From IMG/VR virus record IMGVR_UViG_3300038451_000147, positions 1 through 64,000 of that record: a stretch of 64,000 nucleotides of DNA; one strand, 5' to 3'. The DNA comes from a virus. Under the pieces are notes generated by a model. It was not told the origin of the DNA. It saw nothing but the letters and a program-made list of their open reading frames with translations, and made no database searches. Position numbers and translations under genes: made by a program. This document shows positions 11,939 to 20,574 of this stretch, one piece after another. Position 1 is the stretch's first letter; the number at the start of each line of letters is the position of its first letter.

Positions 11939-14162
11939 CGATATGATTCAGGTAGTCTTTTTCGTATTTGTAGGCTTCAGGGCATTGGTCGCACTTGAAT
12001 GGACGTTCCTCTGCCTTCTCCATAGTCCCTTCTATCACACCCGAATCTCCTGTCTCCTTCTGATGGTTGTGTAGTTCTCTTCCAGTCGGAAACTGGCCAC
12101 CGCAACCCGCGCACCACTGCACCCGTTCCTTCTCTTCATACTTTGGCCCCTTTGTTGTATTGCACTTAGGACAATACTTTATCTGAGATTGGTTCCCTTT
12201 CGGGCCTATAGTTGCAATCTTTAATTCCGTTCCACATCTATCGCAAACCTCACCTTGTTCGGTCTTCTCTGGCTCTTTTGGGGCTTCTTCGGGTGGCTCT
12301 TCTGCTGGCTCCTCTTCAGGTGGTTCTGTTTCAGGTTCCTTTGGTTCCTCTGGTTCCTTTGGCTCTTGAGGCTCCTTGCCACCCCCGCCATCTACTGGCG
12401 TGGGTTCCTTCTCCTTTGGCTTCTCCTTGTCCTTATCTTTGTTCTTGCCCTTACCCTTCGGTGGTCTGGGCTTGGCAGTGGGCTTGGTCGTGGGCTTCTC
12501 TGGAACCTTGCCTACCCATACCTGTTCACCGTCCTTAAAGAGAATGGCCTCATACTCCTGTAGGTCTCTGAAAACCTCTTCAGGTTGGGCGAACCAATCA
12601 ATCAGAACGTCTAGGTCTTGAGGTAGGATGTGCTGGAACGTGAAGATGAAAGGCGAATTGGCCAAGATGTCCTTACTGACATCAGCCGTTCTCCGAGCCG
12701 CGAAAATGCCACCAACCCCATAGTTGCGCCCAAGGTTGACCAACTCGTTCACCATCGAACCGGGCTTGGATTTATAGCGGTCAATCTCATCCATTACCAC
12801 CATACAGTTCCCTTTTTCAAGTGCCGAGTAGATTATATCGTCTACAGTCGCCTCATCAGTCGGAGTGACTTGGTGATACTCCACATTGGAATTTCCCTCA
12901 TACTCAGAGAAGTTGCCCAAAGCATCCAAAAGGACGAACTGATAGTCCTTAAGGACATCTGAAATGAGGACTTTGATGAGGTTAGTCTTGCCCGAACCAC
13001 TCTTCCCAAGAATGGCTATCTTGTCAGAAATGTCTACCTCTATCTTGGGCATCGCCTTTGCTTTGGCTTCGACACTCTTGGGGTCAGTGCCAGCAATCTT
13101 CTGAGCCTCTGGCGACATAGGTGTTCCTTTCTCCTTCTCTTTGTCTATCTCAATGCGTGGGTCTTTGAGTTCCTCATCCAAATCACTAAAGTCTGCCCTT
13201 GCTCCTCTTCCGATACAAGCCATACAGTCTCCGCAATCGCAACCGCCTTCGTCCTCTATATCGCAACAATTAGGCCCACAATCCTCTGGCAAGTCCTCTA
13301 GAGTCGTATCGTCTATATCTCCACCCTCTTCAGGTTTGAACTGTTTCTGTATAGGTGAAATCGTCTCGGTTCCAGAAGGCATATATTGGCCTTGGCTGAA
13401 AGGCGTGACATTCTGTTGGGTAGTAGGATTCAACTGTTGAGAGGGGTCTTGCTGTTGCTGTTCCTTTTTCTTTTGAAGGTCGTATCCACAAAAGCCACAT
13501 CTCCAATGCCCTGTGTTATCGTCAACAAATCTCTCTTCCCCATAGTTTAGGTCTTTGCCACAGTCGGGGCATATGTCTCGCTCTTCCTCTTTAGAAGTCT
13601 GAGGAGTGCAAAGTCCAGACTCAATGAAGGACTGAGCCAGCCGTTGGTAGGAACCCTGAAGGTGTTCGATGACCCCTGAATCAATGAGAAACTGGACATC
13701 TACAGCCATGTCTTCTGAGGTCGGGTAGTCTTCTCCACCCTCTATCCTATTGATTATCTCAAGCACCTTCGGGTCGTAAGGCCCGGTCTCTTCAAAGGCT
13801 GTCTTGCTCTCCATCATTCCTGTTCCACCACAATACTCGCATTCATACTCTCCACCTTTGAATGGGTCTTTCCTGAACTGGTCTTTCAAGACCCCAGACC
13901 CCAGACACTTGGGGCATAGCACATCGGTTCCATCCTCTTTCTTGTCAGGGTCAATGACATCCTCATCCAACTCGTCCAGAGAATGCTCATTGTAAGGCTT
14001 GTGATGGACATCGCACTCTTCATCTCCCATCGCTTCCAGCCCTTCACTTATCGCGGGGTCGAACTCTCTACCTTCGTCTTCAAATCGGATGGGGTCTGTA
14101 GGTGAGGAGCCTACACGATGGTTTGGCCAGTCAAGGGTCTTCGTAACCGACTTGTCGGACAT
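11916..14162 (-). CDS. Acidic modular protein with several Zn fingers and a HerA/FtsK-type P-loop ATPase (start revised to ATG14162)
   Basis: GKSGSGKT, VVMDEID, LGRNYGVG; CxxC/C2H2 modules; Pro/Glu linker; TATA 25 nt upstream of AGT-ATG14162. Confidence 0.75.
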   Translation of the reverse strand: MSDKSVTKTLDWPNHRVGSSPTDPIRFEDEGREFDPAISEGLEAMGDEECDVHHKPYNEHSLDELDEDVIDPDKKEDGTDVLCPKCLGSGVLKDQFRKDPFKGGEYECEYCGGTGMMESKTAFEETGPYDPKVLEIINRIEGGEDYPTSEDMAVDVQFLIDSGVIEHLQGSYQRLAQSFIESGLCTPQTSKEEERDICPDCGKDLNYGEERFVDDNTGHWRCGFCGYDLQKKKEQQQQDPSQQLNPTTQQNVTPFSQGQYMPSGTETISPIQKQFKPEEGGDIDDTTLEDLPEDCGPNCCDIEDEGGCDCGDCMACIGRGARADFSDLDEELKDPRIEIDKEKEKGTPMSPEAQKIAGTDPKSVEAKAKAMPKIEVDISDKIAILGKSGSGKTNLIKVLISDVLKDYQFVLLDALGNFSEYEGNSNVEYHQVTPTDEATVDDIIYSALEKGNCMVVMDEIDRYKSKPGSMVNELVNLGRNYGVGGIFAARRTADVSKDILANSPFIFTFQHILPQDLDVLIDWFAQPEEVFRDLQEYEAILFKDGEQVWVGKVPEKPTTKPTAKPRPPKGKGKNKDKDKEKPKEKEPTPVDGGGGKEPQEPKEPEEPKEPETEPPEEEPAEEPPEEAPKEPEKTEQGEVCDRCGTELKIATIGPKGNQSQIKYCPKCNTTKGPKYEEKERVQWCAGCGGQFPTGRELHNHQKETGDSGVIEGTMEKAEERPFKCDQCPEAYKYEKDYLNHIVEKHGQR

Positions 14163-14200
14163 ACTAAGGTTTAAAAGGGGTTGGTTGTATATAAGCCTTG

Positions 14201-14288
14201 GGATGGGTAGCGACTTAGTGACACTCTTGCTACCACAAACAAACAAGGGCGGGTCTGTCTCGGAAGAACAGACGGTTGCTACCCATCC
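14201..14288 (+). ncRNA. Candidate ~88-nt structured small RNA
   Basis: 14-bp terminal stem GGATGGGTAGCGAC/GTTGCTACCCATCC (one G-U), internal GTCTGT/ACAGAC hairpin, TTTAAAAG 23 nt upstream. Confidence 0.45.
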
Positions 14289-14327
14289 TAAAGAATCCTT
14301 AAATAGAGCAGAACACTTACATTTACT

Positions 14328-14771
14328 GTGCCAAGTTGTCACATTTGCGGAACAGAACTAACCGAAGAGAACTGGACAGATTCCAAACGTAAGAGGCTTG
14401 AGCGTATTTGCAAGATGTGTGATGTTAAGAGAGCAAGAGCATGGCGGAAAGCCCATCCAAATGGTGCGTATCATAAGTATCGGATTGGTGCAAAGGCATA
14501 CATGAGGAACTACATGAGAGGCTATCGCCAAAAGCATCTGGAAAGGATGCAAGAACTTGGTAGACTTGAGAAGCATAGAAGGACTAGGGAACTCCCGACA
14601 TCCACCATTCTCAACAAATCCTTCAAAGGAGCGCATCTCCACCATATAACCCCTTCTGTGGCTATCTACATCCCAAAGGGGCTACATAGAAGCGTGTTCC
14701 ACAATCTGAAGACAGGAGAGGGTATGGACGAAATCAATGCTAAAGCGTTAGCATGGGCTAAATCCTTATAA
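14328..14771 (+). CDS. HNH-like endonuclease with N-terminal Zn finger
   Basis: CxxC...CxxC, then HLHHI...IPKGLH...H...N. Confidence 0.6.
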   Translation: MPSCHICGTELTEENWTDSKRKRLERICKMCDVKRARAWRKAHPNGAYHKYRIGAKAYMRNYMRGYRQKHLERMQELGRLEKHRRTRELPTSTILNKSFKGAHLHHITPSVAIYIPKGLHRSVFHNLKTGEGMDEINAKALAWAKSL

Positions 14772-14802
14772 GGCCGAGAATGTTTAAATACCTTCGATAA
14801 GG

Positions 14803-16683
14803 ATGTCTGCGGCACAAGATTCCAATAAGGACGAGAACGCTGTAGTTCGTGCATTACGAGCCACAAGGATACTCGGCCCAAGGCAAGCAGGTTCTCCAAG
14901 GAGCCTTGATAACCCTACCCTTTCTGCATCCTACAAGCCACCCTTAGAGACACAGATAGGGCAAATCGAGAGGGGTGAGGCTTGGTGGAGAGACTTCGCT
15001 TGGGAAGAGTATGCGACTAAAGAGTTGCCCGGACTTGGACTTGGGTTCACAGTCTATCCTTACGTTGCTGTATGGGAGAAGATATGGGGCGCAGTCCCAA
15101 CAGAAGACTACCAGAAGTATAAACAATACTACGTTCAGGAACCGTTCATTCGGGCCACCATAGACTTCCACACTCAGATGACCATCTCACAGGGTTACGA
15201 ATTAGACTATCCACTAGCGACTGTAGTTCAGGATGTCAAACAGTTTCTTGATAGACACGACTTCCTCAATCTACTCAAGATAATGGTGAAGGATATGCTA
15301 GTCTTCGGCAACTCCTACACAGAGGTTGTGAGAACATGGTATTGCCACGAAACTGGCCACGACCTTGAAGCCCTCAGAATTTCTTATGAGGTCGAAGGCA
15401 AGGACGGAAAGGATAGTTACTGGTGGACAGACAGAGTGGACATTGCGGCTAGGCATGACAAGATGTATCCCACCCACAAACTGGAGAATCCCTACGGAGA
15501 GATTACCAGATTCAAGCCTCTTGACCCCATGTATATGCGAGTGAGAAGGGATGCCTATGGAACCATCCTTGGATACGTCCAATACTATGTATTCCCTCTA
15601 GTCACCTTCCTAGCAGATGAGATGATTCATCTCCGCTATATGCCTACTTCTTGGACGTATGAATCGGTCTATGGTGTCTCGATGCTACGCCCCATCCTCT
15701 TCCATCAGGAACTCATGAAGAACTATGAGGAGACGATGGGAGCCATCATGAACGTCTTCCTCAAGCCCATGTTCCTTGTCCATGTCGGCATCAATAGTGC
15801 GGGTGTCGTAGGACAGGAAGTGACTACGGCGCAGTATCAATCAGTGAGGAAATACTTCCAGACTGCACAGCCCGGACAGTCTATTGTAGTAAGAGCCGCC
15901 ACCCCGATAGCGATAGAACCAATCAACCCACCCATTGACAGAATGCAGTCTACGTCCTTCTGGCTTCAATGGTTGCACAACATGAGAACCTACGCTCTCT
16001 CAGTGCCGAAGTTCTTCACCGACCCTGCTGGACTGAACAGAGCCACAGCCCAGACCGTAGAGAGAGGATACTTCACATTCATCAACAGCAACAGACAGTC
16101 CCTCAACAGCCAACTAGAGAGGACGGTGATGATACTGGTCATGAGGTCTCTGTATGGCAAAGTTGCCGATGAACTGATTCATGAGTATGACGTTCCGAAG
16201 TTCATCTGGAAGCCAGTCAAAGAGGATTCCTTAGAAGACAAGGCCAAGACCTATATGCCCCTGTATGCTAGTCGCATCCTAACTAGAGACGAAGTGAGAA
16301 AGGCACTCGGCTTCGAGCCTCTAGATGTGGACGAGTTGACGGAAGAGATAGGCGAATCCGTTCCACCAATGCAAGGCGCAGGTACAGGTGCATTTGGGAT
16401 GACCAAAGAAGGAAGTCCGACCTTCGGAAGCCCAGACCGTGAGATGGCAACAAGACCCTCTCCAATGGGAGCAGAACTTGGTCGAGAGGGGCAACCGCCA
16501 GAAGAGAGACTGCCAGAGTACGGAGAAGACATCTTCTCCAAGACAGAACAGGACGCTAGAATAGAGGAACTTGAAGAGGGCATAGAAGACCTCAAGAGAC
16601 GGTTCCTGAAGGAAGAGCCGTTCACAGAAGAGACGATTAAAGACGAGATAGAGAGGCTCAAGATGCACACCCCGAAGAAGTAG
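14803..16683 (+). CDS. Portal protein
   Basis: MLVFGNSYTEVVR, FKPLDPMYMRVRRD.YG.I.GYVQ, EMIHLRY, YGVSML, ILTRDEVRKALGFEPL; acidic C-terminal tail. Confidence 0.9.
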   Translation: MSAAQDSNKDENAVVRALRATRILGPRQAGSPRSLDNPTLSASYKPPLETQIGQIERGEAWWRDFAWEEYATKELPGLGLGFTVYPYVAVWEKIWGAVPTEDYQKYKQYYVQEPFIRATIDFHTQMTISQGYELDYPLATVVQDVKQFLDRHDFLNLLKIMVKDMLVFGNSYTEVVRTWYCHETGHDLEALRISYEVEGKDGKDSYWWTDRVDIAARHDKMYPTHKLENPYGEITRFKPLDPMYMRVRRDAYGTILGYVQYYVFPLVTFLADEMIHLRYMPTSWTYESVYGVSMLRPILFHQELMKNYEETMGAIMNVFLKPMFLVHVGINSAGVVGQEVTTAQYQSVRKYFQTAQPGQSIVVRAATPIAIEPINPPIDRMQSTSFWLQWLHNMRTYALSVPKFFTDPAGLNRATAQTVERGYFTFINSNRQSLNSQLERTVMILVMRSLYGKVADELIHEYDVPKFIWKPVKEDSLEDKAKTYMPLYASRILTRDEVRKALGFEPLDVDELTEEIGESVPPMQGAGTGAFGMTKEGSPTFGSPDREMATRPSPMGAELGREGQPPEERLPEYGEDIFSKTEQDARIEELEEGIEDLKRRFLKEEPFTEETIKDEIERLKMHTPKK

Positions 16684-16724
16684 AAGGGCTTAAATAGCCC
16701 CGGCCTTATATGTTTTGATAGAGT

Positions 16725-17324
16725 ATGGCTGGAAACTCAGAATATGAGGCTACATTCGTTTCCGATGGAGTCACTCGATGGCTTTCTAAACCCGGCCCCG
16801 GCACTCCGCTTTCTTCGGTAAATACAACCTTCCTTATTCTCAAAGGGACTCAGATACAACCTGCCGACCCAACGCCAACCGCTTCTAAAACTCCATATGT
16901 AATGATGGGCTTTGGCAAGGATGCTACTAATCCAGTAATCTTTACTCCTGCGGGAACAGCCTTGTCATTCACACTAGACGGAGAATCTGTTTGCAGTGAC
17001 GCAAGTTCTGGAATAAACATGAGATTCAGATATGGAACAGGAACTCCGCCAAGTAATGGAGACGCAGAAACAGGCACTCTTATTGCTGGCCCACCTGTTG
17101 ACATTGCAAACGGTGGTTTGGTAATTCAGTCTGGCATTCCTTTCGCCAAAACAAGGCTTATCACTGGTCTCACTCCCGGCGTTCCAATCTGGATAGATTG
17201 TGCAGTGGAAGTGATAACAAGTGGAACCGCAGGGCCAGTAGGTGTGAGTTTCTTCATACTGGATTCCAACGTCTGGTCAAGACTGGTCACAGTAACGGGC
17301 GGAGTCATATCATCAGTCACTTAG
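16725..17324 (+). CDS. Putative virion structural/decoration protein
   Basis: Gly/Thr/Pro-rich, beta-like composition; follows the portal; AGT-ATG start. Confidence 0.5.
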   Translation: MAGNSEYEATFVSDGVTRWLSKPGPGTPLSSVNTTFLILKGTQIQPADPTPTASKTPYVMMGFGKDATNPVIFTPAGTALSFTLDGESVCSDASSGINMRFRYGTGTPPSNGDAETGTLIAGPPVDIANGGLVIQSGIPFAKTRLITGLTPGVPIWIDCAVEVITSGTAGPVGVSFFILDSNVWSRLVTVTGGVISSVT

Positions 17325-17382
17325 ACTGATGCCTTGGCATCACCTTTAAATAGACCTTTGGTTCATATAGTCTCTGATAGGT

Positions 17383-18000
17383 ATGGTATACCCCTCATCT
17401 TTGCAAAAGGCTGAAGAGGCTGTAAAGAAAGCAGAGGACTTCTACAGCCGAGACGACCCGATGACGGAGATAGACAAAGTGAGAGGAGTCGAACACGCCT
17501 ATTACGATGAAAAGGTATTTAAGGAAGCAGAAGAGGCTATCGCCAAATTAGAAGAGGAAGCGCGTTTTCCATGTCCAACTTGTAAGAAACCTCTGCCCAC
17601 AGACCCTGAAAAGAGGACTCATCATGTGAGCCAGCATGGTGCTGAGACAGGAGACTTTGCGACCAAGAGGACTCCGTTCACAGCCCCAGAAGATATACCT
17701 ATGAGAGAAGAGGAAGTAACGCCTCTTGACGCTGGCATGGTCAAACAAGCCTTGGACAAAGCCTTTGTAGACGCAAGCGACCTTGTTAAAGGGATTGAAG
17801 AGTTCGTGAAGGACGTTGAAACTCTAGATATGAGCAAGATAGATTCAGCCATCGAACTCATCAACAACATCTCAGAAACGCTCAAAGATGCTAAAGAAAT
17901 GGGCTATCCGATTGAAGAAGACTCTGGCTCATATGGAGTTGAAACTTGGACACCGAGAGCCGGAAGAGGAGAAGAGGAACCTAAGAAAGGTGAGGCATGA
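17383..18000 (+). CDS. Acidic modular protein with C2H2-like finger
   Basis: FPCPTC...HHVSQH; helical module ending AKEMGY. Confidence 0.65.
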   Translation: MVYPSSLQKAEEAVKKAEDFYSRDDPMTEIDKVRGVEHAYYDEKVFKEAEEAIAKLEEEARFPCPTCKKPLPTDPEKRTHHVSQHGAETGDFATKRTPFTAPEDIPMREEEVTPLDAGMVKQALDKAFVDASDLVKGIEEFVKDVETLDMSKIDSAIELINNISETLKDAKEMGYPIEEDSGSYGVETWTPRAGRGEEEPKKGEA

Positions 18001-18257
18001 TGAACGACGAAGATATTGCTGACATCAGAGTAAACATAGCGTGTATACAAAAAGACATCGAGTTCATCAAAGATAGTCTTGGTGTCTTGAATCACAATAG
18101 CACAACGATGTCAGAACGCATCAGTGCGCTTGAGACAGCCCATAAGACCACTTCAGACTACAAGGACTTTGTTAAGAAACTCGCTTCGACTCTAGGTGGG
18201 ATGGCAGTCTTCGTTGCTACCCTTCTAGCGATACTCCGTTATCTCACCATTCTCTAG
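17997..18257 (+). CDS. Coiled-coil plus C-terminal transmembrane protein (holin/XhlA-like architecture)
   Basis: Heptad region followed by a single hydrophobic helix. Confidence 0.45.
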   Translation: MMNDEDIADIRVNIACIQKDIEFIKDSLGVLNHNSTTMSERISALETAHKTTSDYKDFVKKLASTLGGMAVFVATLLAILRYLTIL

Positions 18258-18907
18258 AGGCTCTTTCTCCATCTGTAGATTAAGGCAACAAGAAGTGCTA
18301 TGAGGAACAAGGTGAGACCTATAACAAGTATGAACCAATCTGGAACAGATGTAGAAGACGCTGTAGACGGCGTGACTGTCGTGGTCACTGTCTGAATAAC
18401 CGTGTTTGTGACTACTGGCAAAGTCAGGGTTATGGTAGTTGCAACAGTCTCAATCTGAGTAACACCGATTTGGACTATCTGTATCTCAGTTTGAGTTGTA
18501 GTGACACTTTGCATTTCTGTCGAAATCTGCGTAATTGTCACTGTAATAGGTGGAAGCGTCTTTGTATGAATCTTAGTCTGGGTCTGAGTTGTGGTGACAC
18601 TTTGCGTTTGTGTCTCAGTTTGTGTGTTTGTCACCGTAACTGGAAGTGTCTCCGTTTGAGTCTGGGTCTCAGTGGTGGTGAAATTCTGAGTCTGTGTTGA
18701 GGTCTGAGTCTCGGTATTGGTCTGCGTCTGAGTCACTGTAATAGTCGTTGGTGATATTACTGTGGATGTCGTTGTAACTGTGACCGTCTTAGTTGGGGTA
18801 GTAGATGTGGTAGTAGTGCAAGCCAATACTGGTGAGAGACTGATTGATAACGCAAGAGCGATGAGCGTCAGAACTAGGGCGTAGAATGCGAGACTCTTTG
18901 ACCTCAT
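18254..18907 (-). CDS. Thr-rich cell-surface protein
   Basis: Signal peptide, TQTQT/VTTT low-complexity stalk, C-terminal TM followed by RWRK. Confidence 0.8.
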   Translation of the reverse strand: MRSKSLAFYALVLTLIALALSISLSPVLACTTTTSTTPTKTVTVTTTSTVISPTTITVTQTQTNTETQTSTQTQNFTTTETQTQTETLPVTVTNTQTETQTQSVTTTQTQTKIHTKTLPPITVTITQISTEMQSVTTTQTEIQIVQIGVTQIETVATTITLTLPVVTNTVIQTVTTTVTPSTASSTSVPDWFILVIGLTLFLIALLVALIYRWRKSL

Positions 18908-18944
18908 AGCACACCCCTTGTCTTGAGGCTATATAAAGGTTCTG

Positions 18945-19319
18945 TCAAATAAACCAAACGACCAAACGACAATTATGGTCGCTGTATATCTCACCCAAGA
19001 CACCCATGAGAGAGAAGACCACACTCCATCCCTTTGTTATCTTCTTCACTTGGAAGACCTTGGCCACTTCAGAGGGCCGAATCCAAGTGTCAAAGTGCGC
19101 CCATTCCTTCGATTTCTCGTAGTCCATAGTCGTTTCATCTGAAATGTCGTGCGGTATACCCCTATTGCTTGCTATGGGCTTCACGCCCTCTAGATTGTCT
19201 ACATCGAACAGGACAGCCGTTACATCTGGGGCTTGAGGGACTAGAGCCGTTATCCTCATGACAGAGTGCCAGTAGTTGTCTGCTTCACGGATTTCAATCC
19301 ACCCTTGGCATATCTTCAC
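18945..19319 (-). CDS. Hypothetical protein
   Basis: 124-aa ORF with an upstream TATA. Confidence 0.6.
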   Translation of the reverse strand: MKICQGWIEIREADNYWHSVMRITALVPQAPDVTAVLFDVDNLEGVKPIASNRGIPHDISDETTMDYEKSKEWAHFDTWIRPSEVAKVFQVKKITKGWSVVFSLMGVLGEIYSDHNCRLVVWFI

Positions 19320-19393
19320 AATACTCCATGCAGACAGAGATACTGACCTATATAAAGTTTACTGAGAAAAAAATACAGGTGAGGGCTTGGTCT

Positions 19394-19651
19394 CTAAGAG
19401 ACTGGTTTCCTCATCCGTAAGATGAAGGCGGTGGCGAACCCAAGTGTCGCTCCCAATACTGGAAGTGCGTATATGGGTGTAGTCATCAGGTCGGGAGGAA
19501 GGACGCTAGTTACAACGGGGATTTGACTAAATTCCCCAAGGAACCAGTTAGTCACAACTCCTACGATGCCACCTACCACTGTGTAAAGGAACGTAGAGCC
19601 AAGGAATTTGGCTTGCTCCTTTATATAGTTCATTATGTCTTTGAAGGACAT
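19394..19651 (-). CDS. Small two-TM membrane protein
   Basis: Two hydrophobic helices; own TATA/GGGT promoter. Confidence 0.65.
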   Translation of the reverse strand: MSFKDIMNYIKEQAKFLGSTFLYTVVGGIVGVVTNWFLGEFSQIPVVTSVLPPDLMTTPIYALPVLGATLGFATAFILRMRKPVS

Positions 19652-19692
19652 AGTAGACCCTTCCCATCCATGTCTTATAAGTATTCGCTTTT

Positions 19693-19729
19693 AGAGGGGA
19701 TATAGGGGTATATCCCCATATACCCCTCT
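19693..19729 (-). terminator. Inverted-repeat element 3' of the pentamer array (putative terminator or 3' hairpin)
   Basis: GGGGATATA-GGGG-TATATCCCC and the overlapping GGGGTATAT-CCCC-ATATACCCC, both perfect 9-bp stems. Confidence 0.45.
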
Positions 19730-19743
19730 CCCTTCGTGATTCG

Positions 19744-20012
19744 CATCTGGGCTTGTCTGACCTTTTCTGTGCTACTCGCCTCTCTTCTCCTCTAATGCTT
19801 GGCTTGTCTTGGCTTGGCTAGTCTATACCTTTCTGAACTATTCTGTGCTCCTCTTTTCTGATGCTAGTCTAATCTGTTCTTCTCTTTGCTTCTCTGCATT
19901 TGTCTACACCTTTCTATGCCTATCTGTTCTGCTACTTGTCTGAACTTTGCTTTTCTTCTCTTATCTTCTCTATGCTAATCTAGCCCGTTCTTCTCTCCTC
20001 TTCTGCTAGTCT
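19744..20012 (-). ncRNA. Pentamer-periodic AG(A/C)NN array, putative guide RNA(s) for the adjacent RAMP protein
   Basis: 53 units (49 pentamers, 4 hexamers). 47/53 start with AG, 52/53 have G at position 2, 45/53 have A or C at position 3; the last two bases vary. Begins inside the RAMP stop codon. Confidence 0.8.
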
Positions 20013-20574
20013 AGACTTCTTCGATGCTGAAGTGACCGAACATTGTCTTGTATGAACCAACGCCAGCGAGACCTAATCGTTGCATTGCCTCTTGAACGTG
20101 GACTCGTTTGACCGGACTCATGTATTCGATTGTTGCTTTGGTTGACCAAGGAAGTTCTAAGATGGGTCGGCAGATGAGCATTTGACTGCCCTTCTTACCA
20201 CCAACATTGATTCTGTCCCAACGAAGCGTGTATTTGCATGTTCTTGGTTCAAGAGGTAGATAGGGTTCTCGAATGGTCACAATGTTATCTTGCACAAATT
20301 TCTTCAGGGCCGTGAATCCTTTCACTTGGATTGCGCCGCCAATACCTTCTAGTCCCTTCCGTATGTTGATACTAGGGATTGCTGGACGATTTTGGAAGAA
20401 ATGGCCCTTAGACTTGATGATGGCAGTCTTTTGCGCTTCTGTGAGGTCTCGTATTCCTTCCTCTAGTTTGCTCATAGCGAATGGTATAGAAATGTTGGGG
20501 TCTAAGTTGTTCCAAATTATGGGGTCAGTGCCAATGAGTTTGAAGGTCGCTGATTCTATCGTTGTATTTGTCAA
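20011..20574 (-). CDS. Stand-alone Cas7/RAMP-like protein (Vipr-like)
   Basis: FKLIGTDPIIWNN first strand, PAIPSINIRKGL, CRP....W....IEY, and C-terminal glycine-rich loop GLAGVGSYKTMFGHF. Confidence 0.75.
   Translation of the reverse strand: MTNTTIESATFKLIGTDPIIWNNLDPNISIPFAMSKLEEGIRDLTEAQKTAIIKSKGHFFQNRPAIPSINIRKGLEGIGGAIQVKGFTALKKFVQDNIVTIREPYLPLEPRTCKYTLRWDRINVGGKKGSQMLICRPILELPWSTKATIEYMSPVKRVHVQEAMQRLGLAGVGSYKTMFGHFSIEEV

Noticed and set aside
14163-14342. N-terminal 60 aa of the 808-aa ORF call (likewise extensions at 5789, 25400, 36559 and 44975)
   Set aside because: Promoter spacing and gene overlaps point to downstream ATGs (14162, 5966, 25334, 36481, 45011).
19937-20001. Block 1 dinucleotides read contiguously give GAACCTTTAT, matching the promoter at 551-560
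   Set aside because: A post-hoc 10-nt match is expected by chance in 64 kb, and the flanking dinucleotides do not extend it.
19744-20012. Classical CRISPR array, simple microsatellite or coding low-complexity region
   Set aside because: There are no identical 25-40-nt repeats with spacers. Units vary at fixed positions with regular breaks. No ORF of 60 aa or more covers it, and the 5-nt period is not codon-like.
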